A stretch of DNA of 63,340 nt, filler included, from Octopus bimaculoides (GCF_001194135.2; 5 parts of 5 records of this genome joined end to end with filler, not necessarily neighbours in it); one strand, 5' to 3'. Shown: positions 38,130 to 49,169, counted from the first letter of the whole stretch. Numbers and translations are program-made. The notes: a model not told the origin generated them from the letters alone.

Positions 38130-38600
38130 ATGGAGAAAACTGAGTATCGTGCTCTCATAAATTACCGTCATTAGAAAAGTATGACTCCATCAGAAATCCA
38201 TGAAGATATTACGAGAATTGTAACAGACAATGGTCCTTCATATGCAACAGTCAAACGCTGGGAAAATGAATTCAAGCGTGGCAGGGAAAGTGTTGAAGAT
38301 GATCCCAGACCAGGGAGACCTCCAACTGCAACCACCGAGGACAACATTGACCTTGCTCTTGATATGATAATGGAAGATCGTCGAATATCATGTCGTCAGA
38401 TAGCCGAGAGACTGGGCATCTCAATTGAAGGAGCAGACAACATTGTGACAAAATAACTTGGGTTCTCAACGGTTTCTGCAAGGTGAGACCCTCGCCTTTT
38501 GACTACTGAACAGAAACGCAACAGGTGCACTTTGTCAACGAGCAATCTGGAACTGTTTGAAGCCAATGAAGATAATTTACTTGGTCGTTTCATTACTATG
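38130..38600 (+). pseudogene. Mariner transposase N-terminal half, irritans/Himar-like
   Basis: MEKTEYRALINY..*..SYATVKRWENEFKRGRESVEDDPRPGRP...R*DPRLLTTEQK...RFITM. Three in-frame stops; truncated just before the first catalytic Asp (MDETW). Confidence 0.9.
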
Positions 38601-38880
38601 GTCATGTGAGGGAAAGAAAGATGGACGATAGTTGCATGTGAACAACGAGAGGGAGAGAGAGAGAAAGAGAGAGAGAAAGAGAAAGAGGGAGAGCGAGAGA
38701 AAGAGAGAGAGAAAGAAAAAGAGAAAGAGAGAGAGAGAGACAGATATAAAACCAGGAAGGGGAGAAAAAGTGAATTAGAGAAAGATGGGGAGAAAACAGT
38801 ATAGAGTAGAATCGCATCAAAAAGGTTAAGATAAATTTACTTGGAAATGGATGCGTAGCGTTCCATTAAATATTAATATA

Positions 38881-38918
<38 letters not shown>

Positions 38919-38928
38919 NNNNNNNNNN

Positions 38929-38965
<37 letters not shown>

Positions 38966-39004
38966 TATGTGTGTGCGTATGTGTGCGTGTGTGTGCGCGC
39001 ATAC

Positions 39005-39243
39005 ATGGGTACAGGACGTTACCGAGTTTGTTTTGGGGTTCATGGGAACGACTGTCTTCGAAGACTCATATTGTCGTTGAATGCTCGAAATGAGGAGTAG
39101 ATAGTCAGCCGACAACTGATGAAGAGTCGTTCCTTGTGTTACTTGTGTAGTTTTCCATTCTTTTCTCTCGTTAGTTGCGTATTTAACTAGTTTGTTTTCG
39201 TACATCATGTTGTTTACACAGTTGGTGATGTCTTGTACATCAT
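39005..39243 (+). mobile_element. Short element between microsatellite tracts with imperfect inverted termini, carrying a hammerhead-like motif
   Basis: Left ATGGGTACAGGACGT vs reverse complement of the right end ATGATGTACAAGACAT (12/16 matches). Flanked by TA/TG and TA repeats. Confidence 0.55.
39065..39127 (+). ncRNA. Hammerhead-ribozyme-like motif with permuted strand order
   Basis: CTCAT-A-TTGTCG (39065-39076); GCTC-GAA-ATGAG (39083-39094); CGACAA-CTGATGA-A-GAGT (39110-39127). All three helices and the core are in register. Confidence 0.55.
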
Positions 39244-40034
39244 ATACATATACTCTTTTATAATATATATATATATATATATCATACTATATAAAAATTT
39301 AATAATGAGGGTAGAAATTGATATTAATCGATTAAAACCAGTGGCCTATTATATTAAAAAAAATCCGAAGATTAAAATTGTATTACATACAAAATTAAGA
39401 CGAATGACCACCAAAGGTTGACTCCTATATGCTAGAAATAGATAACAAATCATCTAACCACGAAGAGTATGTTCTCAAGAAAAGAATCCACTTTTGGTGG
39501 TTATTCTTCTTAATTTTGTATTATACTATATATGTATCTGTGTACGTGCGTGTGTGTGTATCAGTATGTCTGTGTGTCTGTATGTCCGTGTGTGTCTGTG
39601 TACCTCTGTGTATTCAAACATAATTCACATATTCAGAGAGCGGAAGGGATAAATAAACAGTGAGAAATTGAGAGAGTTGCACATGTATGTAAGAAGAACC
39701 TCCTTTTTATCCAGTTCAGATACTCAGTTGATGAAACTGCACAAATATACTACATTTCATGGAATCTCTGATTTCCTGCCCATGTAGATTAAACAGAAAT
39801 CATGGTCCTCAAATGCAAGCTTATAAATATATGGAATATTCACTAGAAAACACCTTACTGTATGTATGGAGAGTTAATCCTCGACGTTAGTTGCTGCCTA
39901 ATTATAGGCAGCTATTCATTTAAGCAAGCGATATATCACAATATCGATGTCAATATACAGCGGTTATTGGCATCACAAATATTTGGTTTATAAATCGACC
40001 GATGACAGGAAGAATAAACAGAAAACGGATACTG

Positions 40035-40036
<2 letters not shown>

Positions 40037-40115
<79 letters not shown>

Positions 40116-40140
40116 GCCTGTCTGTCTATCTATCTATCTA
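40037..40140. repeat. Compound (TATC)n/(TGTC)n microsatellite
   Basis: Direct reading. Confidence 0.95.
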
Positions 40141-40494
40141 ACTATATATGTATATATATANNNNNNNNNNNNNNNNNNNNNNNNNNNNNNNNNNNNNNNN
40201 NNNNNNNNNNNNNNNNNNNNNNNNNNNNNNNNNNNNNNNNNNNNNNNNNNNNNNNNNNNNNNNNNNNNNNNNNNNNNNNNNNNNNNNNNNNNNNNNNNNN
40301 NNNNNNNNNNNNNNNNNNNNNNNNNNNNNNNNNNNNNNNNNNNNNNNNNNNNNNNNNNNNNNNNNNNNNNNNNNNNNNNNNNNNNNNNNNNNNNNNNNNN
40401 NNNNNNNNNNNNNNNNNNNNNNNNNNNNNNNNNNNNNNNNNNNNNNNNNNNNTATATATATACAACAAGGTACCTTGTTGTACTACTCTTAAGA

Positions 40495-40530
<36 letters not shown>

Positions 40531-41425
40531 ATCTAGCTAGCTAGATATATATGTATATATACGTGTGTGTGTTTGTGTGTGTGTATGTGTGTGTGTGTGT
40601 GCGTGCGTGTGTATGCATCTTCGTTTGTGTGTCTGTGTCTATAATGTATAGCTATCCACTTCATATAAGTTGTATATGAACATAATGCATGTAATAACAG
40701 CGAGCAATAGTTATTAAATGCTTGTCTGCGTATTTGTACGTATTCGCATGTTCTTATACGCATCTGTCTTTGTATCCTTACTGAAATATTATACAGTTTG
40801 TATAGATTATGCTTCCGCTGCGGTTTATAAATTTTCATGTCATCCGAAATACGAGTATTTATTTTTATATTTGCAGTTGACAGTATTAGGTCGGTGAATG
40901 CAATTTATACTTAGCCGTCAATGAAATGCAGCGAATCATCAAATAATTTCCTTCGAAGTGTTAAATAAGCTAACGTTACTACATTTTGGCGCAAAAGTGA
41001 TGTTGTCCGTATCAATATTCAATAGTTTGTCTCCAACATTATGGTTTATAACGTATGAGATCAGTGACATATCTCAATTGATGACACGTTAATAGCAAAT
41101 GTTAGAAATTTCCAAAGCTAATATATGATATTATTTTGCCTGGAGGAAATATAAGAAGAAATATAAGAGACGGTGAAGTGGTTGGAAGAATTGAATTTAC
41201 AAGTTGTCAGAAAGTTTAGAAATATACGAATGACAGTGTTCTTTTCAGATTTTGCAGATAACCACACAAGTTGCTCCAGGCCGTATATAAAACATATACA
41301 TACACGCCCAGACCAAAACATGTGTAAGCACCCACAAAAACATACACACACTTGTACACGCAAATGAGTGGTTATACATATAAGCATGTGCACACCATAC
41401 ACACATTAATATTTACATGTGTGCT

Positions 41426-41462
<37 letters not shown>

Positions 41463-41562
41463 NNNNNNNNNNNNNNNNNNNNNNNNNNNNNNNNNNNNNN
41501 NNNNNNTTAATTAATTAANNNNNNNNNNNNNNNNNNNNNNNNNNNNNNNNNNNNNNNNNNNN
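41463..41562. other. Artificial scaffold-join spacer
   Basis: 44 N + TTAATTAATTAA + 44 N. Confidence 0.95.
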
Positions 41563-41889
41563 AATGATCTCGTTTCAAAATTTTTGAAATTTCTAATGTA
41601 GACTTCTTTGCAGCAAGTAATTTAACAATTTCACCCTTCTCGCTATCTGTCAACATCTTTCCTTTAGCCATTATTAATAAATTTATGTTACCTGCATAAA
41701 CTTTTGGCTCACCTGAAAAGAGGAAAATGTTTAACAATTATTAAATTCTGGGTTTTTTCGTAAAATGTAGTAATGAAAAAAAACAGAATGGCAACCAGCA
41801 AATGATGGAAGAGGTGAAACTAAAAAATAAAGCAAAATTAATAAAGAAATTGAGAAAAAATAGGTCTGCAAACTCTTTTGTCCCCCACA

Positions 41890-41890
<1 letters not shown>
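41563..41890 (-). mobile_element. 5' end of a Tc1-like element (TIR-like start plus transposase N-terminus), resembling DD37E/TRT
   Basis: Minus strand TA|CTGTGGGGGACAAAAGAGTTTGC..., then ATG at 41671: MAKGKMLTDSEKGEIVKLLAAKKSTLEISKILKRDH. This recalls the LTDSEKxxIVKxLxxxxSTLEIxKILxRDH start of TRT-type transposases. Cut by the spacer. Confidence 0.7.
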
Positions 41891-41929
<39 letters not shown>

Positions 41930-42344
41930 GACAGGCTTCTTTCAGTTATATGTGGTCATGTGTTTCAGTCTCTATTTGCGTATGTGGTTGTCTATTCATA
42001 TACCCTATGTACCTACCCGTCTGTATGTAGACCTGTTGGTTTACATATATATATATACATACATATATATCTCAGCTTTACCCAACCTATTCTCATTGTC
42101 ATCACCCTTCTTTGACAAGACAGTAATACAGTAATGGATATTATATAAGTTTGCTCCACTCTGTAAGGATGGTTGTTCATTCAGTTTAATTGGAAAACTT
42201 AGAAAGACTTTGAAAATGAGTGCTATATCTATCTATTTATTTATTTATTTAGTTATGCATCATGTATAAATGTTTTTATGTCAGTTTTGGTATAGTTTCT
42301 ATGGCTAGATACCCTTCCTAATGCCAACCACTTTACATAATATA

Positions 42345-42563
42345 TGAGGGGATGCTGAAACAGCTCGTGGGTTTGGATAAAAGAAAATACAAGGGAATCA
42401 ATTAATTAAGATTTTATTCAACATATTCCCTCCTCACATTCCCACACTTATTGGAGCAGTCCTTCAGTTTTTCTAAGCCCTGTAAAAAGAAATCAGAGGG
42501 TTGGGCTTCCAGCCGGGTCTTTCGCGATACCCTTAAAACCAGGAATTTTTCAGTACCCCCTTG
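42345..42563 (-). mobile_element. Mariner deletion derivative (219 bp) with TIRs and TA TSD
   Basis: TA|TGAGGGGATGCTGAAA ... TTTTTCAGTACCCCCTTG|TA. The interior on the minus strand encodes DFFLQGLEKLKDCSNKCGNVRREYVE*, a mariner C-terminus. Confidence 0.8.
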
Positions 42564-42734
42564 TATCTAAATACGATATCTATCATATACGTATCATGTA
42601 TTATAATAGTGAAGTTAATTTCAAGCATAACCAATTTCTTTTAACTGACATATGCCTGCAAATGGTTTGTCAGCTTTCGTCCATGGGGAAGCTGACTAAA
42701 TAACTGCAATTTTGTTTTAAATTTTTTGTGACAA

Positions 42735-42990
42735 ATAATCATCATTTAATATCCACTTTTCCATGCTTGTGTGAATCAGCTGGAATTTATGGAGGTAGAT
42801 TGTCCATGGTTAGATGCCCTTTCTGTCACCAACCTTCATCTGTTTCCAACCATGGTAATATTTCTTTACGGCCTGGCATGTTTTTTGAAAGATTGAAAAT
42901 GAACAACACTGCTTGTGTGATGGTGATGCTTGTTTACAACCATCAAATGATGTCAAGACAAGAAAACATAACACACACATCATCATCATC
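42735..42990 (-). mobile_element. SINE family A' tail (RTE-like 3' end)
   Basis: Reverse complement matches 49390-49620 and 56030-56260 (GAAGGGCATC...CATGGAAAAGTGGA..TTAAA..ATGATG). Confidence 0.75.
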
Positions 42991-43061
42991 ATCATCATCA
43001 TTTGTCCTTTTTTTTCCATACTGGCATGAGTCTGACAAGAATAAACGAACCAGAGATTGGT

Positions 43062-43290
43062 CTAAGTAGATAGGTAGATGAGAAAGGTAGATAGGTAGGG
43101 GTATGTATGTAGGTAGGTAAATAGGTAAGTAGGTAGACAGGTAGGAAGGAAGGTAGGTTAAGGGGCCTATAGGTACGTCAGTACGTAGGTAGGTAGATAG
43201 GTAGGTTGGTAGGTAGGTAGGCACGTAGGTAGGTAGGTAGGCACATAGGTAGGTAGGTAGGTAGGTAGGTAGGTAAATAGGTAGGTAGAT
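43062..43290. repeat. Degenerate (AGGT)n microsatellite
   Basis: Direct reading. Confidence 0.92.
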
Positions 43291-43885
43291 ATATTTGCCA
43301 ACTTCATCTTAAGNNNNNNNNNNNNNNNNNNNNNNNNNNNNNNNNNNNNNNNNNNNNNNNNNNNNNNNNNNNNNNNNNNNNNNNNNNNNNNNNNNNNNNN
43401 NNNNNNNNNNNNNNNNNNNNNNNNNNNNNNNNNNNNNNNNNNNNNNNNNNNNNNNNNNNNNNNNNNNNNNNNNNNNNNNNNNNNNNNNNNNNNNNNNNNN
43501 NNNNNNNNNNNNNNNNNNNNNNNNNNNNNNNNNNNNNNNNNNNNNNNNNNNNNNNNNNNNNNNNNNNNNNNNNNNNNNNNNNNNNNNNNNNNNNNNNNNN
43601 NNNNNNNNNNNNNNNNNNNNNNNNNNNNNNNNNNNNNNNNNNNNNNNNNNNNNNNNNNNNNNNNNNNNNNNNNNNNNNNNNNNNNNNNNNNNNNNNNNNN
43701 NNNNNNNNNNNNNNNNNNNNNNNNNNNNNNNNNNNNNNNNNNNNNNNNNNNNNNNNNNNNNNNNNNNNNNNNNNNNNNNNNNNNNNNNNNNNNNNNNNNN
43801 NNNNNNNNNNNNNNNNNNNNNNNNNNNNNNNNNNNGTGGAATGTTATGCCTTCAGCAAAACTATATTCGTCTCTCTCCCACTCTT

Positions 43886-43939
<54 letters not shown>

Positions 43940-44514
43940 TACACATATATACACACGCACATACATATATACCTGCACACACACATACATACATATATAT
44001 ATACCTGCACACACACATACATACATATGTACACAAACACACATATACATACATATATACACACATATATAGATATATATATATACATAGGCACATGTAT
44101 GTATATATACACGTCTATACATATATAGACACACACATATACAACACAAACACACACACACACACACACACACAGCTGCATACACAATATTAATATTCGT
44201 TCATTCGTTTATGTTTTGTGTCTGTTTTTCCATGTTGGCATGGGTTAGAGGAGTACATATAATTAAAGCATTGCTTTATAGCCTGATGTCAATTTTGTTG
44301 CAAAATCTTACTGGTTTTTCAAGCGAGGGAATTTTTTTTTTTTTATCTTGCATGTCTTCAATATTTGTAGAACTTGCAGCTGATTCATTGACAAGACATT
44401 TTCAATGAAGTTCACCATTTATAACTCATTGCTATATTTTTGTATGTGTGGAACAGAAATATTCAGACAATCACATGCACATGCACGACCACATACACAC
44501 AGGCACATATATAC

Positions 44515-44686
44515 TCCCATACACATGCAGGCTTTGTGCAGTTTCCATCAACAAGATTAACTCACTATGCATTAGTCAGCTCAGGGTTATAACAGTACAA
44601 GACGCATGCCCAAGGTACTATGTAGTGAGACTGAACTCAGAACCATTTGGTTAAAAAGCGAACTTTTCAACCACATAGCTATGTCC
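44515..44686 (-). mobile_element. SINE family A head
   Basis: GCCCAAGGTAC...GACTGAACTCAGAACCATTTGGTT...AACCACATAGCTATGTC. Confidence 0.75.
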
Positions 44687-44707
44687 ACACAGATGCATAT
44701 ATATACA

Positions 44708-44872
44708 GGTGCAGACATGGCTGTGTGATTAGCTGCTTCCCAACCACATGGTTCTGAGTTCAGTCCCAGTGTGTGGCACTTTGGGCAAGTGTCTTCTACT
44801 ATAGCCTTGGGACAACTAAACCCTTGTAGGTGGATTTGACAGATGGAAACTAAAAGAAACCCATACATATCA
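44708..44872 (+). mobile_element. SINE family A head, divergent (head-to-head) from the previous copy
   Basis: GGTGCAGACATGGCTGTGTG...GAGTTCAGTCCCAGTGTGTGGCACTTTGGGCAAGTGTCTTCTACTATAGCC. Confidence 0.85.
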
Positions 44873-45070
44873 TCATTGTTTAATGTCTGTCTTCTATGCT
44901 GGCATGGGTGAGATGGTTTGACAGGAGCCAGCCAAACAGAAGCCTGCACCAGACTTCTAGGACTATTTTGGCAGGATTTTTACAGCTAGATGCCCTTCCT
45001 AACACCAACCACTCAGCAGAGTAGGCTTTTTTTACGTAGTGTCTTTTATGTGGCACAAGCACAGGAGACG
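44868..45070 (-). mobile_element. RTE LINE 3' terminal fragment
   Basis: Minus strand TGGTTGGTGTTAGGAAGGGCATC...ACCCATGCCAGCAT...TTAAACAATGATGAT. Related copy at 51950-52075. Confidence 0.65.
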
Positions 45071-45310
45071 TCACTAACAGGGTCACCAAGTAACTTGTGA
45101 GACAAAAATCTTCTGCGATGAGAGGGGGGCATTGGAAGTGATCTGGTGTCAGATGATGAAATGTTATAGTGAGACAGAAACAGGTGCTTTGGTGTAGAGG
45201 AGGTACAAGGTTACCTGGCCAGAGAGAGAGGGAGAGATCAGGAAGGAAGAGAGAAACAGGTGTGCTGCTGCATAGGAAATACATGGTGACCCAGCCTGAG
45301 GGAAGAGCAG

Positions 45311-45341
<31 letters not shown>

Positions 45342-45680
45342 TGGGAGACAGCAGGATAGAGATGGCGGCAAAGTGCCAGGCATACCCACAAGGGACAGGG
45401 ATCAGAATACAAATGGGATGGTTGAGAAAAGGAAGAGAGAGATAAAGATGGTAGCAAGTGCTAGGGCATACCCTTGAGGTTCAAATGTCATGATATAAGT
45501 GGCAGGATATTGCCAAAGAAACATGATTGGAGAGTGTGGAGGGAGAGTGGAAAGTGAGTGGCGAAAACCTGGGTATGTATAGATGGGGGGTGGGGTCTAC
45601 CGGATGGAAATGATACAGAGAAACAGGGCAGTGAGGACAGGTTTGGGGAGTGAAATGTAGGCATAGTGTATGAAGGAGTA

Positions 45681-45900
45681 AAGGTGGTGAGCTGGCAGAA
45701 TCTTTAGCACACCGGGCAAAATGCTTAGCAGTATTTCGTCCATTTTTATGTTCTGAGTTCAAGTTCTACCAAGGTCGATTTAGCCTTTCGTCTTTTCAAG
45801 GTCAATAATTTAAGTACCAGTGAAACACTGGGGTTGATGTAACCAACTTGTCCCCTCCCCAAAAATTTCAGGCCTTGTGTCTTCAGTAGAAAAGATTATT
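45681..45900 (+). mobile_element. SINE family C copy
   Basis: AAGGTGGTGAGCTGGCAGAATC...GAGTTCAAGTTCTACCAAGGTCGA. Confidence 0.9.
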
Positions 45901-45904
45901 ATCA

Positions 45905-46060
45905 TTATCATTATCTGTTTGACTTTTGCTATGTAGTTGTACAAGTTGACTCCAAGTCTCACCCAGGGACCTCAAGAGACAACAAGTTAGAAGTTCAAGT
46001 TGGTATTATGCCTAGGGGGTCATATATTTGGTTTTGCACATAGTATTATTCTAGAGAATT
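45905..46060 (-). mobile_element. 3' end of an (AAT)n-associated retroelement, same family as 5648-5712
   Basis: TGTTTGACTTTTGC...GTACAAGTTG...GACCTCAAGAGACAACAAGTT is the reverse complement of the 5.65-kb copy. Flanked by ATT repeats. Confidence 0.6.
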
Positions 46061-46084
46061 ATTATTATTATTATTATTATTATT

Positions 46085-46276
46085 AAAGTGGCAAACTGAC
46101 AGAATCATTAGCAGGATTTTACCCAGCTCATGGTTCTGAGTTCAAATTCCACTGAGGTCAACTTTGCTTTTCATCCTTTCAAGCTCGATAAAATAAGTAC
46201 CAGTTGCACACTGGGGTGAATATAATCAACTGGCCCCCTTTCCTGAAATTGCTGACCCTGTGTCAAAATTTGAAAC

Positions 46277-46277
<1 letters not shown>
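46085..46277 (+). mobile_element. SINE family C copy with internal deletion
   Basis: AAAGTGGCAAACTGACAGAATCATTAGCA...GAGTTCAAATTCCACTGAGGTC...AAATTTGAAACC. Confidence 0.88.
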
Positions 46278-46311
<34 letters not shown>

Positions 46312-46344
46312 TATTGTTATTACTATTATTATTGATGTTCCTTG

Positions 46345-46650
46345 TTGCATTTCTCAAAGGATCAGTCATATTTGACAAGTACTTATTCTATTGGTCTTTT
46401 TTGCCAAACTGTTAAGTTACAGGTATGTAAACAAACCAACACCAGTTTTCAAACAGTGTTGGTGGACACACACACACACACACGATGGGCTGCTTTTGGT
46501 TTCCATCTACCAAATCCACTTACAAGGCTTTAGATGGCCCGGGACTGTAGTAGAAGACTCTTGACCAAGGTGTCACACAGTAGGACTGAACCCAAAACCA
46601 CATGTAAAGTACAAAGCAAGCTTCTTAACCTCACAACCAAACTTGCACCT
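46345..46650 (-). mobile_element. SINE family A, near full length
   Basis: TACTTATTCTATTGGTC...CTACCAAATCCACTTACAAGGC...GGACTGAACCC. Confidence 0.85.
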
Positions 46651-47546
46651 TAAACATCTAAAAGAACAGAAAATAAATACTATTTTTTTCTTTCTTAAGC
46701 CCCAAAAGATTTGACTAATTCTAACAAAATATTCAAATTATTTGGAATAATGCCAATCCATGTTAGCAGAGAAAAACAAACAAATGGAATAATTTGCTAA
46801 CACAAGGAAATACTATTACAATTGACTTGTTAACGATAATTAGACCAGCTTCGTTACCTTTCCGATCCCTCTTGCTCTTTACTTTCCTTCTACATTTCTC
46901 TCTCTCTTACTCTCTTTACTGTCTGTTCCTTTCCTTTTCTTCTCCTCCCTTCCTTTTTGTTTCTTTATCTCTCTGTCTTTCTCTCTCTCTCTCACTCTCT
47001 CATTCTCCTTATTTTATCCTTTCTATCTCACCCTCTATACCCCAATCTTCAACTCCCTCACTCTCACATCTCTAACGAAGAGCCAGTGGGGAGTGGCTGA
47101 AACAATGCAGGGGGGGAGGTTAATTAGCACAAACCAAAAATTAAAAACAAAACAGAAAAAAACAATCAAACAAACTGGTTGATGAGATGACAAGTCATCT
47201 AATAAAACTAAAGATCCTGATTCCAAAGAAACTGATGATATCCTGCATCAGCAAAACATAATCCATTTAAAAAAAAAGATAATCTTTATTTTTTTGACAT
47301 CTTAATAATTTCAACATTTAGCTCCTATGCATTTTTTTCCCTGCCATTCTTCAAAGAACAAATATTCAAAAATGGTGGATATTTTGAGTTTTTTTTTGTT
47401 TTTTTCTTTTCAGTTTCAACAGCAAATTTAATTCAGTGTAATTTATTTCTAACTACAAGTTACTTTAATGCAACTAAAGCTGTATTACTAAGGCTGGAAG
47501 AGACAATGCGTACCGGCCTTTTATGAAGCTCTGGCGTGACACAGTT

Positions 47547-47597
<51 letters not shown>

Positions 47598-47779
47598 NNN
47601 NNNNNNNNNNNNNNNNNNNNNNNNNNNNNNNNNNNNNNNNNNNNNNNNNNNNNNNNNNNNNNNNNNNNNNNNNNNNNNNNNNNNNNNNNNNNNNNNNNNN
47701 NNNNNNNNNNNNNNNNNNNNNNNNNNNNNNNNNNNNNNNNNNNNNNNNNNNNNNNNNNNNNNNNNNNNNNNNNNNNNNN

Positions 47780-47826
<47 letters not shown>

Positions 47827-48179
47827 CGTCTCTCTCTCTCTCTCAACTGTTTTTAACATTCTCTCTGTCTTTTCCACCCTTTCTAACCTTCTCTCTCTCT
47901 GATTTCATCCTGTCCTCTTCTTTCTCCCTATCTTTCTTCCTCTCCCCTCTCTCTTATTCTCTCTACTTTGTCCTCTATTTCCTTCTCCACTCTTTCTAAT
48001 TCTCTCTCTCACTTCTCTCTAAACCTATCCTGTACTCTTCTTTCTCTTCACTCTTTCTAACTCTCCTCCTCTCTCTCTCTCCTATCTTGTCTTCTCTATC
48101 TATCTATCTATCTATCTATCTCTCTTGTTGCTAAAATTTATGGGCAATAAATCTGAAATACTCTAACAAATTATTTTAA

Positions 48180-48330
48180 GACTTTTCCTTATACAATTCC
48201 TAATAATATTTAATGATATAAATATAACAAGATTTTTTTTTAACATTGAATGGCTATGACAGTCCACCCAAGGAAAATGGAAATCAAAGGGGTCCATAGG
48301 TAAAAAATGGTTGAGAGCCCTTGCTCTATA
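48180..48330 (+). mobile_element. hAT MITE right-end remnant, family of 52807-53203
   Basis: GTCCACC...AATCAAAGGGGTCCATAGGTAAAAAATGGTTGAGAGCCCTTG matches the right end of the 53-kb MITE. Confidence 0.7.
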
Positions 48331-48374
48331 TGACAGTCCAGCCTAGAGGGGCAGCAAGGGTTTTCACAATCCTA

Positions 48375-48715
48375 AGAGATCCCCTTTGGTCATGACTGAC
48401 CATGGGATTGCACCTAGAAAGTTCCCTTCCGAGGCACAAGTCTGAGCAAGGTTGTTTATGCAAGACCAGCAGTCACCCATGCATACCAGCCTCCCCTCTC
48501 CATGCCACTGATGTTATCGAAGGGGAAAGCATAGATGAATACAGCTTGGCACCAGTGACATCACAACTCATTTCTACAGCTGAGTGAACTGACTGGAGCA
48601 TTGAGAATTAAAGTGTCTTGCTCAAGAACATAACAGGCAGCCCAGTCCAGGAATCGAACTCACTACCTCATGATTGTGATCCTGACACTCTAAACACAGA
48701 GCCATATGCCCTCAC
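48375..48715 (-). mobile_element. SINE family B head/core with alternative tail B2
   Basis: Minus strand GAGGGCATATGGCTC...GAGTTCGATTCCTGG...CTTGAGCAAGACAC...CTCCAGTC...CTCAGCTG, followed by a tail unrelated to B1. Confidence 0.82.
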
Positions 48716-49169
48716 TAGAGGTGTGTACAAATATCTTTGCTCTCACCACTCTAGAGCAAAGATATTTGTGGCACCCTCACATTAATAAACAGAGATTATA
48801 GAAGAGAGGAAATTTCACACCCCCAAACACACCTGTACCCAGAGCAACGGAGAGCAACTGTCTCCTTTTACCCTGTCTCCACCTACCCTCTCTTATGCCC
48901 CTCACTCAACCTCTTGGAAATGACAGCCTACAGTTTTCCTAATAAGCAAAATGTAATTTTACTGTCTAATGCCCAGACACAGTAGCCTGACGTAGTCGTC
49001 TACCTGGCCGGCTTCTGTCAACTGTCCTACCCATGCATGCACAAAAGACGGACGTTAAGCGATTATGATGGTAATGATGATGAATGTAATTTTAAGGTAC
49101 ATTAAACACACAGCACTGCATGAGTGTGTATACACATACATGTGTACACCCACATGTACATACACACAT

